Below, in pieces: positions 20,217 through 31,361 of a DNA stretch of 64,000 bases; within the stretch, counting starts at the first letter, position 1, and the number at the start of each line of letters is the position of its first letter. The DNA is from an uncultured bacterium (lineage in GTDB: Bacteria > Patescibacteriota > Dojkabacteria > J137). Below the pieces are notes generated by a model. It had not been told where the DNA came from and made no database searches. It saw only the letters and a list, made by a program, of their open reading frames with translations. The stretch covers positions 598,431 through 662,430 of the forward strand of contig OY969472.1 in NCBI GenBank assembly GCA_963700155.1, in the 5' to 3' direction. Made by a program: the position numbers and the translations under genes.

Positions 20217-23200
20217 TTACAAAAAGCTAAAGATATCTTGTAAACCTTTCAATACAATATCGAGTGCACTCTCAGATTTCTGAGGAGCGATAGTTACAAT
20301 ATTATTAGTTTGCGATTCATTTTTACTACTATCATCAGATACAGCTCTTAAGTGATAAACACCAGATGGTTTAAGATTAGAAACAATAACAACATGTTTA
20401 AGACCTAAAGTTCTATCAACTTGAGTACTTTGACTGTAATCACCAGAAGAACCTTCACCAAATTCAACTTGACTTGTAGCAAGTTCATCAGTAGTCCAAG
20501 AAACAATAACTTGAGCAGTAGAATCTTGAGAATCAGGATTAACAGCTTCAACTTTAATGTTAGAGATAGCAGGAGGTCTAGTATCAGTAGCAGTAGTAAA
20601 TGTATGAACATCAGAAGTAGCTTGATTACCAATAGAATCTGTCCCTTTAACTACTAAGGAATATTTAGTATCTGCTAAGAGACTAGTAACTTCAAGTTTA
20701 TGCTCGGTTTTAGGTTCAATATCGATAACATTTTTAACAAGATCAGGCTGATCAACAGGATAGAATGAAACAATTGATGATATCTCAGTATTAGAAGACC
20801 AAGAGACATCAACAGTAGGTTGAGCTACATTCTTAACTTCTTGAATTTGTATATTACTTACAGTAGGTCTTGGTAATGTAGTTAAGTCTAAAATAGTCCC
20901 TTGATATTCGAATCCTTCAACATCTGTTGGATTAATTTTAAAGTAATATTTAGTGCCGTCATCTAAGTTAGTCAATAATGTAGTATATGAGCTTTCGATA
21001 AATGCAGTGTCAATTGTCTTTAATCCTCCAAAATCTGTTGATTTCCCATAATATACTTTTACAGATTTAGCATTAGTAACTGTAAAATTGATTAATGCTG
21101 AATCAATTCCAACATTAGATGCATTTGCATTCTTAACTGTTGGTGCAGGATCAGTTGAGAAAGTTTTCTCTTCACTAATACCTGTATTCCCATCTTCATC
21201 AGTCCATTTAGCTCTGTAGTAGTAAGTTGTTCCAGCAGATAAATTATCAAGAGTAACAGTATGAGCAGTAACTTGAGCAGAAACAGCACTTTCAGCTTCA
21301 AGATAATCATTAGATGCAAGTCCTATTTGAATTTTAGAGTCAGATCTTCTGTCTGTTACCCAAGAGATAACTGCTTTTCTTGTGGTAGTAGCATTAACAG
21401 TAGGACCGGAGATTAAATCAGCAGGACTGGTATATTTACCTGTAGGATATTTAGTAACAGTACTAGAAACAGCTGAGCAATTGTTAGCAGAGTCACATGC
21501 TTTGACACAATAGTAATAGTCTTGTTGGATAAGTCCAGTATCAATATATGAGGTACCTAATACTGTACTGATCTTGGAGAAGTCTCCAAAACTGGCACTA
21601 CAAGAAGCACTAGAAGTAGTAGATCTGTAAACATCATAACTAGAAACTCCAGCACCAACATTACTTGGAGTAGTCCAAGTTAAAGCTAATTTCCAATCAG
21701 AAGTATCTTTATTCGAAATATCAGCAACATCAGGATTCAATGGAATACCTGGTGCTTCTCCAGAATAGGTAAAAGTAATAGATGTATAGGTACTGTAATT
21801 AATATTTCCGGCTTCATCTTTAGCGACTACATAGAAAGTATTAGTATCAGGTTGATTAGCAAATGCATCTGCTGAAAGTGAGGTTACTCCTGCAGATAGT
21901 ATACGTGCAAGTAGTGCTACTAGGTAGAGTATTAATTGTATAACAGTATGTTAAGTTCCTAACACTACCGGTAAAAGTTCCAGGAGGATCCCAGTCAAAA
22001 GCATAAGAATTAGTAGTATTATCACTTGGTGTAACACTTAAGTTTTGTGGTTCACTAGGTGCATTAGTATTAATCTTTAAAACTCCACTAATACTTGATG
22101 TAGAAATATTCCCAGCTAAGTCTAATGTTCTAAAGTAAATGATGTTGTTACCATCAGAAAGGTTAGGATAATCATAAGTAGGATCAGTAGTATAGGTGCC
22201 GTCATTAACAAGTCGGTCAGTTAAATCTTGATTACCATTATGTAAATCTCCATACCATGTACCTCCACTGATCCAATTTTGTACTGCAATCCAGCTAAAC
22301 CAGCTCCAACATCAGTAGCTTCATTACCTCCGGTTGTTGGCCAAGTGATAGTAGCATCTTTAGTAGAGATAAAGTTAGATGGCATTGAGATAAAGTCAGG
22401 GTTCTCTGGAGGTGTATTATCAAATTTGAATGAAATTAAATCCTGGTAAAGATTAGAAGCACCACTCCAAATATTACCGGTAACATCAACAGCTTTGATA
22501 GAGAAGTAGTATTGTTTACCTGTTGTTAGAGTCAAACCAGAGATACTACTTAAGTCAACGTGATCACCAGTAGCAATGTAGTCACAATAACTTTCAGTAA
22601 CACCATCATCTAAACCATGGAGAATTCCACCACTAGTAGCAGGGTTAACACTGTTAGAGTTACCAGGAGTAGATTCATCAAGTGAAATACAATAACCTAA
22701 CAAACCACTTCCTCCAACATTATCATTACCTTCAGTCCAATTAATTTGAGGTTTAGACTTAATCCAATCACCATCATTAACTCCAGAGATATTAATGCTA
22801 GTAGCATTCTGTGTTGGTAAAGTTGTGTCGTATGTTAAGTCTAAAGATACATCTGTCAGAACAGGAGTATTCTGACCACTAGAACTTAAGAATGATTTAA
22901 ATGCAAAATATTTACTAGAAGGACTAAAGCTAGAGATATTAGTGTTAATATCAGAAGCAATATTAGAATTAGCACTTGAACTAGCATTACTCCAAGCAGC
23001 ACCATCCCAATACTTCCAGGTATTATTACTATCACAATTAGAGACAGTATCACCACAAATTTGATAATATATCTCACTTCCAGCAGGTTTAGTAGAAGTC
23101 GTAGTACAGTTACTACTACCATCTAAAGTACCTTCACAGAAGTGATCAATAGATTGTGGTCTTGATGTTAAATCTAAAGAGTTAGTAGAACTAACTGATG

Positions 23201-25157
23201 GTTTATCAACAGGATAATTTTGATAAGTAAAAGTATTACTTGAAATTTTAGGTAAGTAACTAGAATTATCAGTTTCAAGAATAGTTTTGTATTGAAAATA
23301 TTGATTATTAGAAACGTTACTTAAGGCGAAAGTTGGTAAATCAGTAGATGTATTATTAGCATCAGAGTAGTAAGTATTAGAGGTTCCATCAGGTCCGATG
23401 AAGGATTCACCTGAACAAGCATTGTCATCACAAGAACGTACCTGATATTTTACATCATTTATTCCACGTTTGTATAAGGAGCCCACTTCAGAATTAGTTA
23501 AGACATGGTTAAAAATTGCTAATTCATCCATTCCACCAGTCCAGTACTGTGAATTACCTCCTCCTAAAGACATAGTTTGTATTGCCGGAGCAGTCAGTGC
23601 GGTAGTGTTAGTTCCTAGCTTGGTACCATTTTCATAGATGTTATAAACATCATTATTAAAATCCCAATCGATAGCAACATGAATCCAGGTATTTGCGGCA
23701 AATGCAATAGGGCCAGTTATTGCTCTATAGTTCAAATTAATATAAGAATAAAATCCTGAAGCAACACTATAAGATAATTGTATACCAGAAGTTGTTGTTC
23801 CCCACTGAAAAATAGGGTTATATGTTGTTGGTGGAGAGCTTGAGTTAAAACTTGGTTTCAACCATACACTTAATGTTCCTGTATTAACATTAAATCCTGT
23901 ATTTCCTAAAGTTATATAATCACCACTCCCATCAAAATAAGCACCATTACTACCAAATTTTGCAGTCGATGATGGTGTTGAATTCCCGGATGGACTTGCT
24001 GTATTATTTTGTCCACTAGAATCATTCCAATTTCCATTAAAATGCCAAAGTCCAATATTTCCACTCATATCTACATTATCTTCAGAATATTGTGTTTCAG
24101 CAGCTGCATTATTTGGAAGTTCTTTCCCATAGGGAGAATTTGGTACCCAATTAACATTTTGCCAAGTAACCCCATCTGTTATCGAAGTATTGAAAACTTT
24201 TGAAGAATACTCACCATAATGTCCAACATTTTTAAGGTAATTTTCCTTAATTTGTGTATCTGTTAATACAGTATTATATACAATTACTTCGTCTGCTGAT
24301 CCTGCTGTCCCATGTGCACCTGAAAGACTTCCTATTGCAAAAGGTGCGTTATTTGTTACTCCATTACTTATTACATCAGTATCTTCGAGGTTACCATCAA
24401 AATATAATTTCTGTGTATTTGTTGCCGCATTAAATGTACATATAACATAATGCCAATTCCCGTCAGTGATTGTAGATGTTGATGTTGAATATGCATCTGG
24501 GGCATAACAACTAACCTTATTTGCTGTAGGATAATTTGTTGTAATGAAAGAACCATTTGGACTACCAGCTAAGTGCTTTGAAATAGGGATACCTTGAGTT
24601 GTTATCGTGGTTTTTATCCAGCCACCATATGATCTATCATAATCTCCAAACTCAATTTGTGAATATTCCGGGATTGTAACGTAGTTTGTTCCAGAGAAGG
24701 AAAGTGCATTTCCTACTTTACCTGTTGTCCATGTAGGTGAACCAACAAGTGTCCCGTTATGCCCCAATCCGCTAGAATCACTTGCAGTGGTTCCTGACCC
24801 ATCGTCTAGTTTCCAAAACCCTACTAAGCCACTATCAGGCGCAGTTATATGCTGAGATGTATTTCCTAATGTTAAATTACCAGAAGAATAAAGTGTGTTT
24901 GAATATGTACCTAAATCAAATTCAGATTGAGAGTTATCAGTGATATTAGTTTGAACTTGTTTTAAAGAAGCTTCACCTCCAGTAACTTGAATCTTATTAC
25001 TGTCCGATAAAGTGTAATCAGATGGAGTAGAGAAATCCCAAGTGAAGCTAGTGGATGCAAAAAGTTTAGCAGTAATAAAAATTATTGGAATACTTATTAA
25101 AATTACTATGATTAATATTTCTTTTTTTTGAATTTTTCTAGATTTAAATCTTTTCAT
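20217..25157 (-). CDS. Giant surface protein, paralog 2 (two LamG + FN3), split by +2 and +1 indels at 22267-22271 and 21894-21897
   Basis: ORFs 22221..25157 and 20217..21740 plus the intervening DNA align colinearly with paralog 1. Confidence 0.85.
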
Positions 25158-25169
25158 TATATATTTTAA

Positions 25170-28100
25170 TTACAAAAAGCTGAAAATATCTTGCAAACCT
25201 CTTAAGACAATATCTAATGCATTCTCGGATCTCTGAGGAGTAATAGTAACAATATTATTGCTTAAGGTTTCGTTTTTGCTACCATCTTCTGAAACTGCTT
25301 CTAAGTGATATACACTTGATGGTTTCAGGTTTGAGATAATGACTACATGCTTTAAGCTCAAACTTCTATCAATTTGAGTCCCTTGAGCGAAGGAACCTCC
25401 GGTTCCTTCGCCATAAAGAACTTGACTTGTTGCTAGCTCATCTGTAGTCCAAGACACTACAATTTGAGCAGTAGAATCTTGAGAATCAGGATTCACAGCT
25501 TCAATTTTTATATTAGAAATTTCTGGTGGTCTTGTATCTGTTGCTGTAGTAAAAGTATGAACTTCTGAAGTCGCTTCATTGCCGATAGCATCTGTACCTT
25601 TAACAACAAGTGAGTATTTAGTGTCGGCATTTAAAGTTGCAACCTCAAGCTTGTGATCAGTTTTCAAATCAAGATCAATAACATTTTTTACAAGGTCAGG
25701 ATTATCAGCTGGATAGAATGAAACAATAGATGATATATCTGTATTTGATGACCAGGTTACATCAATTGTAGGTTGAGCAACATTCTTAACTTCTTGAATT
25801 TGTATATTACTTACAGTTGGTCTAGGAAGAGTAGTGAAATCCAGAACAGTTCCTTGATATTCTGTACCTTCTGTGTCGGTTGGATTAATTTTGAAATAAT
25901 ATTTCACACCATCAGTTAACTCTGTTAATACAGCAGTATAAGAACTTTCAATAAATGCAGTATCTAGTTCCTGTACTGCTCCAAATCCTGTAGTTTTACC
26001 ATAATATATTTTTACTAAGTTAGCATTATTACTTGTAAATTTAATTAAAGCTGAATCAATTCCAACGTTTGTAACTTTAACATTTGTAATAACAGGAGGT
26101 GGATCGGTAGTGAATGATTTTTCTCCACTTGTGCCAGTATTTCCATCTTCATCAGTCCACTTGACTATATAGTAATATGTAGTACCAGCCTTAAGATTAT
26201 TGAGTGTTACTGTATGTGCAGTGACCTGAGCGGAAATACCGACTTCTTCTTCAAAGTAATCACCAGAGGATAAACCATATTGAATTTTAGAGTCGGATCT
26301 TCTATCTGTTACCCACGAGATAACTCCCTTTGTAGTAGTTTTTGCATTTAATGAAGGGCCTGAGATCAGATCGGCAGGACTAGTATATTTCCCTGTAGGA
26401 TATTTAGTAACTGTACTGGATACTGCAGAACAGTTGTTAGCAGAGTCACATGCCTTCACACAATAGTAATAGTCCTGTTGGCTAAGTCCTGAATCAACAT
26501 AAGATGTTCCTAATACTGTACTAACTTTATTAAAGTCACCAAAATCAGAACTACAAGAAGCACTAGCAGTTGTAGATCTATATACATCATAATTAGAAAC
26601 TCCAGCTCCAACATTACTTGGGGTAGACCAAGTTACAGCTAATTTCCATTCTGAAGTATCCTTATTGGAGATATCTGCAACATCGGGATTTAAAGGAATC
26701 CCTGGAGCTTCACCTGAATAAGTAAAGGTAATTGATATATTGGTACTATAATTAATATTCCCAGCTTCGTCTTTAGCAACAACATAGAAAGTATTGGTGT
26801 CAGGCTGGTTAGCAAATGCATCGGCTGATAAACTTGTTACACCCGCACTAGTATATGTACAAGTAGTTGAGCTTGGCAAGGTGTTAACAGTATAACAATA
26901 TGTTATCGCTGAAACACTTCCTGTGTAAGTTGCCGGAGGATCCCAATCAAATGCGTATGAGTTGGCGGTGTTATCAGAAGGTGTTACACTTAAGTTTTGT
27001 GGTTCACTAGGAGCAGTTGTATTGACTTTTAATAAACCATTTACCGTTGAACTGGAAACATTTCCTGCAAGGTCCAATGTTCTGAAATATATAATATTGT
27101 TTCCATCAGATAGGTTAGGGTAATCATAAGTGGGGTCAGTAGTATATGTACCATCATTAACAAGAAGATCCATTAAATCTTCACTCCCAGTATGTAAATC
27201 TCCATACCATGTACCTCCAGAACCAATCTTATATTGTAATCCATCTAAACCAGCACCAACATCGTTAGCAGCATTACTATCACCAACAGGCCAAGTAATA
27301 GTTGCGTCTTTAGTAGAGATAAAGTTAGACGGCATAGAGATAAATGTAGGATTAGTAGGAGGGGTATTGTCATATCTAAATGATATTAAATCTTGATAAT
27401 CTCCTGATGATCCACTCCAAATATTACCGACGACATCAACAGCTTTAATAGAGAAGTAGTATTGTTTACCTGTTGTTAAAGTAAGTCCTGGAATACTACT
27501 AAGGTCAACATGATCTCCTGTAGCAATAAAGTCACAATAAGTGTCTGTTACTCCATCATCAAGACCATGAAGAATGCCAGCACTAGTAGCAGGGTTAATA
27601 CTACTGGAGTTATCAGGTTCAGCTTCATCTAAGGCAATGCAATATCCAAGGATTCCACTTCCATTAACATTATCATCACCTTCAGTCCAGTTGATTGTTG
27701 GTTTAGATTTGACCCAGTCACCATCATTTACATCTGAAATATTTATACTGGTGGCATTCTGTATAGGTGCAGTTGTATCATAAGTTACATCAAGTGACAC
27801 ATCAGAGAGTACTGGTGTATTTTGACCACCGGAGCTTAAGAAAGATTTAAATGAAAAGAACTTACTAGAAGGACGAAAGATAGAAATATTAGTATTAATT
27901 GTACTTGCAGTATTAGAGTTAGAACTTGAGCTTGCATTGCTCCAAGCAGCACCATCCCAATACTTCCAAGTATTATTAGAATTACAATTAGAAACAGTAT
28001 CGCTACATACTTGATAATATAGTTCGGTATTTGTAGGCTTAGTAGAAGTAGTAGTACAGTTACTACTTCCATCTAAAGTACCTTCACAGAAATGATCGAT

Positions 28101-29534
28101 AGATTGAGGTCTGTATGTTAAATCCATAGAAGTAGTAGGATTAACTGTTGGTTTATCAACAGGATAATTCTGATAAGTAAATGTATTACTAGAAATTTTT
28201 GGTAAATAACTTGCATTACCACTTTCTAGAGTAGCTTTATATTGAAAGTATTGATTACGGGTTAAAGATGATATATCGAAAGTGGCAGGTGAATTTGTCG
28301 TGTTATGGATTTCATCATAGTAACTACTTGAAGTTCCATCAGGACCAATAAAACTTTCGCCAGAACATGCATTATCATCGCATGATCTAATCTGGTATTT
28401 TACATTTTGAATTCCACGTTTATAAATATTAAGAATTTCAGTGTCCGATAAAATTCTGTTCCAAACAGCCACATCTTCAATTTGACCCTTGAAGTTGTTT
28501 AAGTAAGCATGAGAATATTGATTGTATACAGTACCTATAAGAAAACTAGAATAATATGCATTTAAAGTCTCAGTTCTTGAATTCTCTAGTTGTCCGTTTA
28601 CATATATATATCCATATCCTGTTGTACCATTACGGACACCAGTTATTAAGTACCAAACACCTGGTGTTAATGTGGTAGTTGACACAACTGAAGATCCATT
28701 ACTGCAGCCTGAAGGAAGTATGTCCATCCCAGCTTTACCAGTACTTCCTATGTTTATACCATATCCATACCAACAACTTATTGAGTCTGCTGCTTCCTTG
28801 CCTGCTATTGCCATAGTAGTCCCAATTTGTGTAATTTTTACCCATGCAGAAATAGTAAAGGTACTTATTCCTAATGACCCTCCATCACTTACTGTTCCAT
28901 AGTCACCGTTGCCATCTAGGTCTAATACCTTAGTTGGCCTATCTGAGTTTACAAATGCAGCATTCCCGCTGAGAGTTACCGAATGATTGTATCCGCTTGA
29001 ATCACTTGTATTATTCATATGCCATAAGCCAAGATTCCCGGTCATATCGATATTACCAGTTGAGTATCCTGATTCAGTTGCATGATTATTAGGCAATTCT
29101 TTTCCATAAGGTAACTCTGCACTCCAATTAAAGTTTTGCCACGCTACGCCATCTATGGCTGATGTGTCATATATTTTTGAGGTATAACTTCCTGATAGTG
29201 ACAAACTATCCAAGGTTAAATGCCCAGAAGAGTATTGAGTATTATTATATGTTCCTAAATCGAATTCAGATTGTGAATCATCAGTTGTATTTGTCTGTAT
29301 TTGTTGTAAAGATACATTTCCACCTGTGATTTGCATCTTGTTGCTGTCAGATAATGTGTAATCCGAAGGAGTAGAAAAATTCCATGAAAAACTAGTAGAG
29401 GCAAATAATTTTATATAAATTACAGGAATAATTAAGATAGCTATAAAAATAACAGTCAAAACGACATATGCTTTCCTGACCTTGTTTAAAGGATTTTTTT
29501 TGCCTAAATTTGTATGTAACATCTTCTTTAACAT
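25170..29534 (-). CDS. Giant surface protein, paralog 3: TM anchor, single LamG domain, FN3-rich constant region
   Basis: Same scaffold as paralogs 1 and 2 but lacks the first LamG cassette; ATG at 29534 preferred to the TTG at 29591. Confidence 0.87.
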   Translation of the reverse strand: MLKKMLHTNLGKKNPLNKVRKAYVVLTVIFIAILIIPVIYIKLFASTSFSWNFSTPSDYTLSDSNKMQITGGNVSLQQIQTNTTDDSQSEFDLGTYNNTQYSSGHLTLDSLSLSGSYTSKIYDTSAIDGVAWQNFNWSAELPYGKELPNNHATESGYSTGNIDMTGNLGLWHMNNTSDSSGYNHSVTLSGNAAFVNSDRPTKVLDLDGNGDYGTVSDGGSLGISTFTISAWVKITQIGTTMAIAGKEAADSISCWYGYGINIGSTGKAGMDILPSGCSNGSSVVSTTTLTPGVWYLITGVRNGTTGYGYIYVNGQLENSRTETLNAYYSSFLIGTVYNQYSHAYLNNFKGQIEDVAVWNRILSDTEILNIYKRGIQNVKYQIRSCDDNACSGESFIGPDGTSSSYYDEIHNTTNSPATFDISSLTRNQYFQYKATLESGNASYLPKISSNTFTYQNYPVDKPTVNPTTSMDLTYRPQSIDHFCEGTLDGSSNCTTTSTKPTNTELYYQVCSDTVSNCNSNNTWKYWDGAAWSNASSSSNSNTASTINTNISIFRPSSKFFSFKSFLSSGGQNTPVLSDVSLDVTYDTTAPIQNATSINISDVNDGDWVKSKPTINWTEGDDNVNGSGILGYCIALDEAEPDNSSSINPATSAGILHGLDDGVTDTYCDFIATGDHVDLSSIPGLTLTTGKQYYFSIKAVDVVGNIWSGSSGDYQDLISFRYDNTPPTNPTFISMPSNFISTKDATITWPVGDSNAANDVGAGLDGLQYKIGSGGTWYGDLHTGSEDLMDLLVNDGTYTTDPTYDYPNLSDGNNIIYFRTLDLAGNVSSSTVNGLLKVNTTAPSEPQNLSVTPSDNTANSYAFDWDPPATYTGSVSAITYCYTVNTLPSSTTCTYTSAGVTSLSADAFANQPDTNTFYVVAKDEAGNINYSTNISITFTYSGEAPGIPLNPDVADISNKDTSEWKLAVTWSTPSNVGAGVSNYDVYRSTTASASCSSDFGDFNKVSTVLGTSYVDSGLSQQDYYYCVKACDSANNCSAVSSTVTKYPTGKYTSPADLISGPSLNAKTTTKGVISWVTDRRSDSKIQYGLSSGDYFEEEVGISAQVTAHTVTLNNLKAGTTYYYIVKWTDEDGNTGTSGEKSFTTDPPPVITNVKVTNVGIDSALIKFTSNNANLVKIYYGKTTGFGAVQELDTAFIESSYTAVLTELTDGVKYYFKINPTDTEGTEYQGTVLDFTTLPRPTVSNIQIQEVKNVAQPTIDVTWSSNTDISSIVSFYPADNPDLVKNVIDLDLKTDHKLEVATLNADTKYSLVVKGTDAIGNEATSEVHTFTTATDTRPPEISNIKIEAVNPDSQDSTAQIVVSWTTDELATSQVLYGEGTGGSFAQGTQIDRSLSLKHVVIISNLKPSSVYHLEAVSEDGSKNETLSNNIVTITPQRSENALDIVLRGLQDIFSFL

Positions 29535-29687
29535 AATATATAGGTTTCCCCTATAAATCAACATAGATAATAAGGATAAATGAAAAATCAAACCTTTTTC
29601 TAATCTGGGAAATTATTATTATTTTATGGATTTCTGAAAGTGTCTTTTCCTTAACAGGGAGGCTTTATAAAGTTTATATAATTTTTC

Positions 29688-29728
29688 TTGACACTTTTGG
29701 TATACCATGTATACCATATAAGTATACT
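29688..29728 (+). promoter_or_regulatory. lexA promoter with three GTATAC palindromes (candidate LexA operator)
   Basis: TTGACA at 29688-29693; GTATAC at 29700, 29709 and 29722 overlapping the spacer, -10 and start region. Confidence 0.6.
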
Positions 29729-29747
29729 AATTTATTAACTTAGGTAT

Positions 29748-30386
29748 ATGTCAAAATTTTTAACTTCAAAACAAAGAATAGTTTTAGATGCTCTTTCATC
29801 TTATCTTGAAGAAAATGGCGAGGCGCCAACCTTGGCTGAACTTCAAGAAATCCTTGGAATAAAAACTAAGAGAGGCGTTGCAAAACACCTAGAAGCTTTA
29901 GAAAGAAAAGGCTTTATTTATCGAAGTGGGAAATCTAGAGGAATTATGTTAGAAAATAGCCTTAATTCGGAAATGTATGATGTCCCAATTTTAGGGTATG
30001 CAAATGCAGGTCAGCCTTTAGTTTTTGCCGAAGAAGATATAGTTGGATCAATTAAAGTTGACAAAGATATTATTAAAAACAAAAAAAATATTTTTGCTCT
30101 TGTTGTAAAAGGTGATTCCATGAATATGAGAACTATTAATAAAGTCCCAATTGTAGATAAGAATTTTATCTTAGTTCAAAAAGAGAGCTCTTATGATAAT
30201 GGAGATGTTGTACTTGCAGTAATAGATAATGCAGCAACAGTAAAAACATTTAAAAGAAGTGATAATTCAGTAATACTTTATCCTGAATCAAATAATCCTG
30301 TTCATACTCCAATTTATTTAAGAGATGATGTTCATGGATTTATTAATGGGAAAGTAATTGCTGTTTTAGAAAATCCATCAAATTAA
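29748..30386 (+). CDS. lexA: SOS repressor LexA
   Basis: wHTH (LTSKQ...PTLAELQ...HLEALERKGFI..RGI), A-G cleavage site NAGQP, catalytic GDSM and ATVK. Confidence 0.95.
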   Translation: MSKFLTSKQRIVLDALSSYLEENGEAPTLAELQEILGIKTKRGVAKHLEALERKGFIYRSGKSRGIMLENSLNSEMYDVPILGYANAGQPLVFAEEDIVGSIKVDKDIIKNKKNIFALVVKGDSMNMRTINKVPIVDKNFILVQKESSYDNGDVVLAVIDNAATVKTFKRSDNSVILYPESNNPVHTPIYLRDDVHGFINGKVIAVLENPSN

Positions 30387-30403
30387 ATATTATTTTAAAT
30401 ATA

Positions 30404-30838
30404 ATGAATAGGTACAAAATTTCAAATTTAAAGTCATCAGTAAGAATAGAGGAGATAGTAAAATTATTTATGGAATGTGGTTGGGGTCAAAAATATAGTA
30501 TTCAAAGTGCAAAAGAGATTTTAAAGAATAACAACATGGCAATATTTGCAAGAGATAACAAAGGCAAATTAGTTGGATTGTTAAGAATTTTGAATGAAGG
30601 CTCACGTTCAGCTAATGTAATGGATGTCGTAATTCATCCTAGGTATTCAAGCAGTTTAATTACGTCAAAATTAGTAAATTCTATAAAGAAACAATTTAAA
30701 GGAAGAAAAATTTATATAGATGAACTAAATGAATCAAGCAACTATTTTTTTATAAACCGAGGATTTAAATTAAGAAATTCGGTTCAAACACAGCAAGTTC
30801 AAGTTCCTTGGTTCGCGAAATTATTTGGAAACTATTAA
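30404..30838 (+). CDS. GNAT-family N-acetyltransferase
   Basis: GKLVGLLR, DVVIHPRY, FFINRGF; 17 nt after lexA. Confidence 0.8.
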   Translation: MNRYKISNLKSSVRIEEIVKLFMECGWGQKYSIQSAKEILKNNNMAIFARDNKGKLVGLLRILNEGSRSANVMDVVIHPRYSSSLITSKLVNSIKKQFKGRKIYIDELNESSNYFFINRGFKLRNSVQTQQVQVPWFAKLFGNY

Positions 30839-30864
30839 CTATTTTTATTTATTATATTAAAAAA

Positions 30865-30966
30865 ATGAAAGCAGGAATGGATTATGCAAAATATGTAGAA
30901 GCTAGAAAACAGAGCTTTTTTCAGAAACTAAATCAATTTATGGGGAAGAAGTTTGCTAATATTTAA
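30865..30966 (+). CDS. Candidate 33-aa small protein (not in the ORF track)
   Basis: MKAGMDYAKYVEARKQSFFQKLNQFMGKKFANI; AT-rich leader like neighbouring genes; fills the gap to the convergent gene. Confidence 0.45.
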   Translation: MKAGMDYAKYVEARKQSFFQKLNQFMGKKFANI

Positions 30967-31333
30967 ATCTTTTGTTCTTTTTTCTACGATTTAATTCCAA
31001 ATAAACAATGAGAATAATAGAAATTGCTAGACACGAACCACCTACAAGAATAAACAACCCTGATTCTGAGGTAAGTGTGTTTGAGATATTTAATCCTGAA
31101 GTTAATTTTGAATTAGTATCATCGTTATTATTTGATGATATTACTCCCGCTACTTTCCCGTCATAAGATATATTCTGAGTTTGTTCAATCCTTTTATTAG
31201 AATTGTTAGTAAAATTGCTAATAACCAAACAAGGTAAAATAAAAAAAAGAATGACCGAAAAAAAAGCTATAATAAACTTCCCAAAGCTTAATTCTTTTTT
31301 AATTTGTTTTAATTCAATTGAAAACTGATCCAT
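30956..31333 (-). CDS. Two-TM membrane protein
   Basis: Two TMs, GKVAG linker motif, basic C-terminus. Confidence 0.65.
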   Translation of the reverse strand: MDQFSIELKQIKKELSFGKFIIAFFSVILFFILPCLVISNFTNNSNKRIEQTQNISYDGKVAGVISSNNNDDTNSKLTSGLNISNTLTSESGLFILVGGSCLAISIILIVYLELNRRKKNKRFKY

Positions 31334-31361
31334 ATTTATATTCTATACAAAAGCATAGAAT

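Noticed and set aside
15427-28902. Short antisense or alternate-frame ORFs repeated within the three paralogs (and similar shadows over groEL, mltG and others)
   Set aside because: They recur only because the host genes are duplicated or codon-biased; no independent coding signal.
15214-29591. Diversity-generating retroelement or shufflon behind the variable LamG domains
   Set aside because: No reverse transcriptase or recombinase in the window, no TR/VR pair with adenine-only differences and no inverted cassettes; differences between copies are mostly third-position changes.
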